DNA of 34,080 nucleotides from positions 1-34,080 of the forward strand of contig CAWETI010000005.1 in assembly GCA_963812015.1 (NCBI GenBank). Reading direction: 5' to 3'. This document shows, piece after piece, positions 26,523-34,080 of the stretch (positions are counted from its first letter, which is position 1; every line of letters starts with the position of its first letter). The position numbers were made by a program, and so were the translations under genes. This DNA comes from an uncultured delta proteobacterium (GTDB taxonomy: Bacteria; Desulfobacterota; Desulfobaccia; Desulfobaccales; 0-14-0-80-60-11). The notes under the pieces were generated by a model. The model made no database searches, was not told the DNA's origin, and saw only the letters and a list, made by a program, of their open reading frames with translations.

Positions 26523-26546
26523 GATTTAAGGTCGAGGGAATCAAAA

Positions 26547-26633
26547 ATGTCATCCTGCTGGGTCCGGTACTTTTATTTTAGCTTTTATTATTATCCGGGC
26601 CAGGAGTGCGCCTCGACTTTTAAAAGAATGTAG
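26547..26633 (+). CDS. Tyr/Phe/Trp-rich attenuator leader peptide
   Basis: MSSCWVRYFYFSFYYYPGQECASTFKRM*, preceded by GAGGG and followed by a terminator. Confidence 0.8.
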   Translation: MSSCWVRYFYFSFYYYPGQECASTFKRM

Positions 26634-26654
26634 GCACAACGAAAAAAATCTTTT

Positions 26655-26693
26655 AAAAGCCGTGGCGCAGGCGAGGCGACCACGGCTTTTTTT
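26655..26693 (+). terminator. Attenuator terminator
   Basis: AAAAGCCGTGG...CCACGGCTTTTTTT upstream of the first structural gene. Confidence 0.85.
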
Positions 26694-26749
26694 ATCCGGC
26701 GGCTGTGGGGTCTCAAAGCCTTTCAGGCGGCGCGGCGAGGGAGGAGCAA

Positions 26750-27547
26750 GTGGTCGGCAAACAGATTCGCATGGAACGCATTATGAACCGGGACACGGGG
26801 CGCACGGTGATCGTGCCCATGGATCACGGCGTCACGGTTGGCCCCATTGAAGGCCTGATCGACATGAAGACCACCGTCAACGCGGTGGCCAGCGGCGGGG
26901 CCAATGCCATTCTGATCCACAAGGGGCTGGTGTCCAGCGGCCATCGCCGCCGGGGCAAGGACGTGGGGTTGATCATTCACCTGTCGGCCTCCACCGCCCT
27001 GTCACCCTACCCCAATGCCAAGACCCTGGTATGCACCGTGGAGGAAGCCATAAAGTTGGGGGCGGACGCCCTCTCCATTCACGTCAACGTGGGGAACGGC
27101 TCCGATCAGGAGATGCTGGCCGACTTGGGCCGGGTGTCCCGGGAAGCCCGGGAATGGGGCATGCCGCTCTTGGCCATGATGTACCCCCGGGGCGAAAAGA
27201 TTAAGGATGAATATGATCCCCAGGCCATCAAGCACGTGGCCCGGTTGGGGGCGGAGCTGGGGGCGGACATCGTCAAGGTGTCATACACCGGTTCGGTGGA
27301 GTCATTCCGCCAGGTGGTGGCCGGCTGTCCGGTGCCGGTGGTCATTGCCGGCGGCGCCAAGATGAATTCGGACCGGGACATCCTGGAGATGGTGCAGGGA
27401 GCCATCGAGGCCGGGGGGGCCGGGGTGTCCATCGGGCGCAATGTCTTCCAACACCGGGACCCCAGCCGGATGGTGGGGGCGATGAGCATGCTGGTGAATG
27501 AAAACTCCGGGGTCGAAGAGGCCCTGTCCTTTCTCCAGGCCGTGTGA
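26750..27547 (+). CDS. 2-amino-3,7-dideoxy-D-threo-hept-6-ulosonate synthase (AroA', class I aldolase family)
   Basis: [28 protein letters not shown] and GRNVFQ; followed by DHQ synthase II. Confidence 0.88.
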   Translation: MVGKQIRMERIMNRDTGRTVIVPMDHGVTVGPIEGLIDMKTTVNAVASGGANAILIHKGLVSSGHRRRGKDVGLIIHLSASTALSPYPNAKTLVCTVEEAIKLGADALSIHVNVGNGSDQEMLADLGRVSREAREWGMPLLAMMYPRGEKIKDEYDPQAIKHVARLGAELGADIVKVSYTGSVESFRQVVAGCPVPVVIAGGAKMNSDRDILEMVQGAIEAGGAGVSIGRNVFQHRDPSRMVGAMSMLVNENSGVEEALSFLQAV

Positions 27548-27561
27548 GCCAGGACGCCGCC

Positions 27562-28554
27562 ATGAAAAAACTATGGGTCAAAATTGATCCCTGGGACAAA
27601 AAGCTCGTGACCACCGCCCTGGAGAGCGGGGTGGACGCGGTGTGGGTTCCCCCGGGCCGGAGCGGCGACGTTAAGGCCCTGGGGCTCATCACCGTGGTGG
27701 CCCCGGATGGCGATCTGGTGCCGGGCCAGGATGTCCATGAAGTCGCCATTCAAAGCACCGCCGACGAAGCCGAAGTCGTCCGTCTGGCCCGTGGCGGGCC
27801 GGTGGTGGTGCGCACTCCGGACTGGACCATCATTCCCCTGGAAAACCTGGTGGCCCAGAGCCGCAATATTTTCGTGGAAGTGGGCGAGGTGGACGAGGCC
27901 CGCACCGCCCTGGGCGTGCTGGAAAAGGGCGTGGACGGCCTGGTGGTCACCAATCCCACCCCGGCCCTGATCAAACAAATCGCCCGCCTGGTGAAAGAGG
28001 CCTCGCCGCCGGTGGAGTTGACCACGGCCCGCATCACCGGCTTGCGGCCCCTGGGCATGGGCGACCGGGTCTGCGTGGATACCTGCAGCAACCTGGGCCT
28101 GGGGGAAGGGATGCTGGTGGGCAACTCTTCCGGGGGCCTGTTTTTGGTGCATGCCGAATCCCTGGAAAACCCTTACGTCGCCCCCCGGCCCTTCCGGGTG
28201 AACGCCGGGCCCGTGCATGCCTACATCCGGGTCACCGGGGATAAGACCAGGTACCTGGGGGAACTGGCGGCCGGGGACGAAGTTCTCGTCGTCAATCACC
28301 AGGGGCGCACCACTGCCGCGGTGGTGGGCCGGGTCAAGGTGGAGCGCCGCCCCTTGATGCTGGTGAATGCTGAGGCCGGCGGCCGGGAGATTGCCACGAT
28401 TTTGCAAAACGCCGAGACGATCCGCCTCACCCGCGCCAGCGGCGAGGCCGTGTCCATCGTCACGCTCAAACCTGGGGATGAGGTGCTGGTGGCCCTGGAA
28501 GAGACGGGCCGCCACTTCGGCCACAAAATCCAGGAAACCATCCTGGAGAAATGA
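27562..28554 (+). CDS. 3-dehydroquinate synthase II (AroB')
   Basis: [32 protein letters not shown] and LQNAETIRL. Confidence 0.92.
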   Translation: MKKLWVKIDPWDKKLVTTALESGVDAVWVPPGRSGDVKALGLITVVAPDGDLVPGQDVHEVAIQSTADEAEVVRLARGGPVVVRTPDWTIIPLENLVAQSRNIFVEVGEVDEARTALGVLEKGVDGLVVTNPTPALIKQIARLVKEASPPVELTTARITGLRPLGMGDRVCVDTCSNLGLGEGMLVGNSSGGLFLVHAESLENPYVAPRPFRVNAGPVHAYIRVTGDKTRYLGELAAGDEVLVVNHQGRTTAAVVGRVKVERRPLMLVNAEAGGREIATILQNAETIRLTRASGEAVSIVTLKPGDEVLVALEETGRHFGHKIQETILEK

Positions 28555-29642
28555 CCATGACGGAAAAAGAAGCCATTCGCAATCAGATTGACGCCCTGGA
28601 CCGGGAAATCCTGAAACTGCTGAACCAGCGCCAGACCCAGGCCCAGGCCATCGGCCGCATCAAGAACCAGGAAGGGCGGGGCACCCTGGATTTTCAGCGG
28701 GAAGAAGAAGTCCTGGCCCATCTCATGCATCTGAACCCCGGCCCCTTGAGCCCCTCGGCCCTGCGCAATATTTTTCGGGAGATCATCTCCGCCGCCCGGG
28801 AGGTCCAGATTCCCTTCGGGGTGGCGTTCCTGGGGCCCGAGGCCACCTTCTCCCACCTGGCGGCCTTGAAAAAATTCGGCCGGGCCACCCGCTTCGGCCC
28901 CATGGCCACCATCCAGGAGGTCTTTGCCGAAGTGGAGAAGGGCAAATATCAGTACGGGGTGGTGCCCATCGAGAATTCCACCGAAGGCATCGTGAATATC
29001 TCCTTGGACCTGTTTGCCGAGACCTCGGTGAAGATCTGCGGGGAGATCTACCTGGAGGTCTCCCACGACCTGGTGTCCAAATCCGGGCAGCGGGCCGATA
29101 TCGAGGTCATCTACACCCACCCCCAGGCTTACGCCCAGTGCCGCCGCTGGCTGGGGACGCACCTGGGGGAGATTCCCATCCTGGAGGTGGCCTCCACCGG
29201 GGTGGCGGCCCAGAAGGCGGCCAAAAACCCCAACGCCGCCGCCATTGCCAGCGCCTTCGCGGCGCCCCTCTATGACCTCAGGGTGGTGGAGTCCCGCATC
29301 GAGGATAACCCCGGCAACGTCACCCACTTCTTTGTCATCGGCATGGATGCCCCCGGACCCACCGGCAAGGACAAGACCTCCATCATCTTTGCGGTGGACA
29401 ATATCCCCGGGGCCCTCCATAAGACCCTGCGGCCCCTGGCGGACCGGGACCTCAACATGACCCGGATCATTTCCCGGCCCGCCAAAAACGAGGCCTGGCG
29501 CTACCTCTTCTTCGTGGACGTGGACGGCCACATAACCGAGCCCAAAGTGGGAGAAGCGATGGCGGAAGTGGAGAACATCAGCGCCCACTTCAAGCTCCTG
29601 GGCTCCTTCCCCCGGGCCGCCGGCGTGGAGAATTTGAGTTGA
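28551..29642 (+). CDS. pheA: Chorismate mutase / prephenate dehydratase
   Basis: RNQIDALDREIL, FLGPEATFSH, VPIENSTEG, ACT domain and LGSFP. Confidence 0.95.
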   Translation: MTMTEKEAIRNQIDALDREILKLLNQRQTQAQAIGRIKNQEGRGTLDFQREEEVLAHLMHLNPGPLSPSALRNIFREIISAAREVQIPFGVAFLGPEATFSHLAALKKFGRATRFGPMATIQEVFAEVEKGKYQYGVVPIENSTEGIVNISLDLFAETSVKICGEIYLEVSHDLVSKSGQRADIEVIYTHPQAYAQCRRWLGTHLGEIPILEVASTGVAAQKAAKNPNAAAIASAFAAPLYDLRVVESRIEDNPGNVTHFFVIGMDAPGPTGKDKTSIIFAVDNIPGALHKTLRPLADRDLNMTRIISRPAKNEAWRYLFFVDVDGHITEPKVGEAMAEVENISAHFKLLGSFPRAAGVENLS

Positions 29643-30480
29643 AGGCGAGAGATGATTTTGGGAAAGGGGGCCAGGGGCGGCAAGCCCCTGCCCCCTCTCC
29701 CAAGCCCTCACCCCCAACCCCTTACAGGGGGCTGGGAGGGGAGTTTGAGGGGAGGGCGGGGGACTCGACGTCCCCCGGCTCTCCCCTCAAATCAAAATCG
29801 AAACCCCTCCGCATTTGCGTGCCGGTGGTGGAGGCCACGGTCAACCGGGCCCGGGGCAAATATCAGCGGGCCGCCCGGAAGGGGTTGTGGACCGAGATCC
29901 GCCTGGACTATCTCGAGGAGCCGGCCCCGAATCTGGCGCGCCTGTTTCGGACCCTGCCGGGGCCGGTGATCGCCACCAACCGCCTGGCTGCGGAAGGTGG
30001 CCGCTGGCAAGGGGATGAGCTGGACCGCCTTAACCTCCTTTCGGAGGCCCTGGATCTTGGCGTGACCTGCCTGGACGTGGAGCTGGCCGCGGACCCCGCC
30101 TGGCGCCGTGAGATCGCGGCCCGCCGGGGGGCCACCCGCCTCATCCTGTCCTGGCACGATTTTGCCGGCACCCCGGAGACGGCCCGGCTGGAGGCGGTCC
30201 TGGCGGAAATGCTGAATGCCGAGGCGGACATCGTCAAACTGGTCACCCTGGCCCGGCAGCCGGAAGACAATGTGCGCCTCTTGTCCCTCATCCCCCGGGC
30301 CAAAGCCCAGGGCAAGGAAATCATTGCCTTTTGCATGGGGCCTCTGGGAAAATGGTCCCGGGTGGCGGCGCCCCTGATGGGGAGCTGGCTCAGCTTCGCT
30401 CCTTTCAGTAACACGGGGCCTCGGCCCCGGGCCAGCTCACGGTGAACGACCTCAAGCGGGTGTGGAACACTTTGAAATAG
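29639..30480 (+). CDS. aroD: Type I 3-dehydroquinate dehydratase (frameshift near 30410; repeat-derived N-terminal insert)
   Basis: ICVP, EIRLDYL, IATNR..EGG, ILSWHDF, DIVKL and FCMG; SAPGQ lies in another frame ending TAG at 30480. Confidence 0.88.
29659..29791. mobile_element. Short double-hairpin MITE-like repeat, copy 2
   Basis: Homologous to 14575-14696; lies between the pheA stop and the conserved part of aroD. Confidence 0.6.
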
Positions 30481-30487
30481 CTCCTAT

Positions 30488-30541
30488 GTAGGGCGGGCAC
30501 TGCCCGCCATCCTTTTAATCGTAGGGTGCGCACCGCGCACC
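30488..30541 (+). repeat. Two tandem GTAG-type REP-like palindromes
   Basis: GTAGGGCGGGCACTGCCCGCC and GTAGGGTGCGCACCGCGCACC. Confidence 0.65.
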
Positions 30542-30563
30542 ATAAATATACTGAGCACGCCAA

Positions 30564-31375
30564 ATGACCATCGACGGCCATACCAAAATCTTCGGCATCC
30601 TGGGGCGGCCCGTGACCCATTCCCTGAGCCCCGCCATGCACAACGCCGCCTATCGCCACCTGGGAATCAACGCGGTCTATGTGGCCTTTCCGGTGACCGA
30701 CCTGGCCCCGGCCGTCGCGGGCTTAAGGGGTCTGGGGATCGGCGGGGTGAGCGTCACCATCCCCTTCAAGGAAGAGATCATCCCCCTGCTGGATGACCTG
30801 GACCCCCAAGCCGCTAAAATCGGCGCGGTGAACACCGTGGTCAACCGGGACGGCCGGCTCACCGGCTACAACACCGACTGGATCGGGGCGATGACCGCGC
30901 TCACGGCCAAAATCAGCCTCAAGAGCCGGCACGTCCTCATCCTGGGCGCCGGGGGGGCCTCCCGGGCCATCGCCTACGGCATTTTTCATCAGGGGGGTAA
31001 AGTTACCTTGACGGACATCGATACCGCCCGGGCCGCGGCTATGGCCGGGGACCTGGGGGCCGAGGCCATCCCCCCGGACGCCCTGGACCGCTGCCCCGCC
31101 ACCATCCTGGTGAACGCCACCCCGGTGGGCATGACCCCGACCTGGACGGGATTCCCCTAGACCCGGACCTGCTGGGCCGCTTCGGGGTCGTCATGGACAT
31201 CGTCTACCAGCCCCTGGCCACCCGGTTGCTCAAGGAAGCCCAAGCCCGGGGCGCCGCCACCATCGACGGCCTCCAAATGCTCATCCACCAGGCCACGGCG
31301 CAGTTTGAGCTGTTCACCGGCCAGGAAGCGCCCGCGGAGGTCATGTCCCGGGCGGCGTATGCGGCCCTAGTTTAA
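30564..31375 (+). CDS. aroE: Shikimate dehydrogenase (frameshift near 31140)
   Basis: HSLSPAMHN, VTIPFK, GAVNT, GYNTD, LGAGGA and NATPVGM; then MDIVYQP and DGLQMLIHQA in the next frame. Confidence 0.92.
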
Positions 31376-31413
31376 TGATTTTTGGATCAACAATCTGAGA
31401 GCGGGGCAGTGTT

Positions 31414-32245
31414 ATGGAGCCTATTCCGATTCGTAATTGGATACAATTAATTGAGAACCTGAATGAGTTAAAAAATACAAACGATAATTGGATTTTCCGG
31501 GGACAATCACATTATGATTCTTTAAAAACAAGCCTCGAGCGAGCGCTTGATGACTACGGTATTTGTTTAAATAGAGCCCCGGAGATCGAGGAACAATTAA
31601 TAAGAGACTTTCAGAGAAGGTATCAAGGACCTGATCTTGCCCTCGTCTTAAGTGATACCTTGTATTGTCTCTCCTTAATGCGCCATCATGGTGCTCCAAC
31701 GAGGCTGTTGGACTGGACTTATTCACCATATGCTGCCGCATTCTTTGCATTGGAGGAAGGGTTGAAGCATAAGGGATATATGTGGTGTTTAAATGAAAAA
31801 TGGATAAGTGATAAAGCAAAATCAATAGCAGGAGATGAATTGATAGGGAGGCGTAACCAAGACGTTAATCGTTGTGATAATTCTTTTAGAGAGCTTTACA
31901 TCAATAGGAAAAATAGTAAACCATACCAGATAGTTTTCGCCGAAAATCCATTCATGCTTAACGAACGCTTAATTGTACCAGAAAGGGGGATTTCTCTGTC
32001 CTGGAGATGTATCGGAGAGCTTCGAATATAATTTTAAAACTTTAAGCGAGTGTAATGACAAATCTAGAATAAGAATATTATGTTTTGAGATGCTAAGCGT
32101 AGATCATATTTTTGCAATCGAGCAATTATTATTAATGAATATAAGTCGTGATAGTTTGTTCCCGGGATTAGATGGGTTTGCTCAATCTCTTAAACAAAAA
32201 TTGCCACTCTATACAAAAATGGCAGAAAACCAAGTCGGACAATAA
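31414..32245 (+). CDS. FRG-domain protein, AT-rich (frameshift near 31978)
   Basis: WIFRGQS and MRHHGAPTRLLDWTYSPYAAAFFA; ERLIV then QKGGFL after a frame change; SLFPGLDG. Confidence 0.88.
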
Positions 32246-32282
32246 AAGGGTGCCCATAACGATCTAATTTGCTTACTGTGTT

Positions 32283-33554
32283 ATGATAAAAAAATCGATT
32301 AAAGAAATTTATCCCTTAGTTCAAGTCCAGGCCACTCTCACCCTGCCCGGCTCCAAGAGCTACACCCACCGGGCCCTCATGGCCGCGGCCCTGGCCGCGG
32401 GGGAGAGCGTCCTCACCAATGCCCTCACGGCCGAAGACACCGAGCTCACGGCCCAGGCCCTGGCGCAGTTGACCGCTGCCCTCGACTGGCAGGGCAGCAC
32501 TATCCGGGTGACGGGCCGGGCAGGCCGCTGGCTGCCGGTGCCGTTGCCCTTTTACCTGGGCGAATTACCGGGCGCCTCCATGCGCTTCCTCACGGCCCTG
32601 GCGGCCTTGGGAGAGGGCGAGTACCTCCTCACCGGCACCGGGGGCCTCCTGCCAGCGGCCCCTGGGGGAACTGCTCACCGCCCTGGGACAGATCGGGGTC
32701 GAAGCTGCCTCCGAGAAAGGCGACGGCTGCCCCCCGGTGCGGGTGGTGGGCGGCCTCACCGGCGGCCGGGCGCAGCTCTCCGGCTCCATCAGCAGCCAGT
32801 ACCTCTCGGCCCTACTCTTCATCGGGCCCCTGGCTCCTAAAGGCCTCGAGATCGACATCACCGGCGACCTGGTGTCCCGGCCCTATGTGGACCTGACCCT
32901 GGAGGTCCTCAGCGACTTCGGCATTACGTATTACCGGGAGGGGTACCGGTTTTTTCAGCTCCCCGGCGGCCAGGGTTATCTCCCCCAGGACTACGAGATC
33001 GAGGCCGACGCCTCCAGCGCCTCGTATTTCTGGGCCGCCGCGGCCTTAACGGGGGGCAGGGTCACCATCACTAACCTGAGTCTGGAATCCAGCCAGGGGG
33101 ACGCGGCCTTCCCGAAGGTGCTGGAGCGCCTGGGCTGCGCCATCGGGTCCAGCCCGGCGGGGCTCACCGTGACAGGCGGGCCCTTAAAGGGGGTGACAGT
33201 GGACATGGCGACCATGCCGGAATCTCGTCCCCACCCTGGCGGTGCTGGCCGCCTTGACCAGGGCGACACCGTCATCACCGGGGTGGCTCGCCTGCACCAC
33301 AAGGAGTCGGACCGTCTGGCCGCGGTGGCGGCGAAAACTGCCAAGCTGGGCATCGAGGCCCGGGAGACCGAAGACGGCCTGGTCATCCGGGGCGGGGCGC
33401 CCCGGGGCGCGGTCATTCACACCTATAACGACCACCGCCTCGCCATGAGCTTCGCGGTGGCCGGGCTTAAGGCCGCAGGGATGCGGATCGCCAGCCCGAC
33501 TGCGTGGCCAAGTCCTTCCCGGACTTCTGGGAGTTTTTCGCCCGGCTATATTAG
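32283..33554 (+). CDS. aroA: EPSP synthase (several apparent frameshifts)
   Basis: LPGSKSYTHRAL, ISSQYLSALL, SRPYVDLT, DASSASYF, KESDRL, DHRLAMSF and KSFPDFW across frames. Confidence 0.92.
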
Positions 33555-33600
33555 TTAATTTTGTAAGGATAATATAGAATTGCGCTCGGGGTAATGTGAC

Positions 33601-34080
33601 GTGGAATGGCCGGTAATCTTCGATAAGATTATTTATTCGATCAATCAATATGGTTACGTTGCCATTTTTTGTCTGCTGATGTTCGGTATTGCCGGATTGC
33701 CGTTTCCCGACGAGATCATGTTGACCTTTGTCGGCTACCTGATATTTAAAGGGTTGATACGGCCTTTGCCCGCGCTTATCGTTACCTTTTCGGGAAGCGT
33801 CTGCGGCATTAGTTTAAGTTATTTGCTGGGCGGACCGTAAGGTTAGATCTGATCGAAAAATACGGCAGGGTCATTCGTATTGATATGGATAAAATTCAAA
33901 AGGTTCACGACTGGTTTAACCGTATCGGCAAATGGACCCTGCTTATTGGCTATTTTATACCGGGGGTGAAACATCTCACCGGATTTGTGGCGGGCATGTC
34001 TCGACTGGAGCTGCTGATATTTGCCAGGTATGCTTACATCGGGGCCTTTTGTTGGTGACTCACCTTCCTCTCCATCGGGT
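33601..34080 (+). CDS. DedA-family membrane protein (frameshifted, runs off window end)
   Basis: YGYVAIF..GLPFPDEIML..G; next frame WFNRIGKWTLLIGYFIPGVKHLTGFVAG. Confidence 0.85.

Noticed and set aside
30400..34080. Pseudogenisation or programmed frameshifting of aroD, aroE, FRG, aroA and dedA (and mobA at the other end)
   Set aside because: Indels cluster at both window ends, hit unrelated genes and leave motifs intact, while I saw no such breaks in the central 28 kb. Assembly error is most likely; read data are needed to confirm.
1..34080. CRISPR array or prophage
   Set aside because: No regularly spaced repeats with unique spacers, and no cas or phage genes.

Overview
A GC-rich chromosomal segment. 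Gene content and the tmRNA tag suggest Desulfobacterota (deltaproteobacteria); this is inference. In order: a degenerate tRNA-Glu(CUC); mobA, mobB and a MerR regulator with a Cys-rich tail; cydAB; a truncated DUF62 gene; and a lactate-utilisation locus (glcD/glcF-like, FadR regulator with three operator boxes, lutC/lutB-like, permease, DUF296, FMN hydroxy-acid dehydrogenase). Next comes an accessory block (about 16.4-25.1 kb): PadR, a DUF5132-like membrane protein, an unannotated 39-aa Cys-rich membrane peptide, PIN-PhoH, an HMA-like protein, an arsC remnant, a 22-residue amphipathic-repeat protein, an HMA-fused P2A ATPase and a MetK paralogue with substituted methionine-binding residues. Then tmRNA, DUF3786, and an aromatic amino acid operon (aroA'/aroB', pheA, aroD, aroE, aroA) with a Tyr/Phe/Trp-rich attenuator and a low-GC FRG gene inserted in it, followed by a partial dedA. 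Single-base frameshifts cluster near both ends (below 1.8 kb and above 30.4 kb) and are probably assembly errors. The best candidate for an undescribed system is the 16.4-25.1 kb block, which resembles a ferrosome-type compartment cluster but uses a Ca2+-type pump and a MetK with probably altered specificity. All family assignments come from motif recognition by eye; no searches were run.
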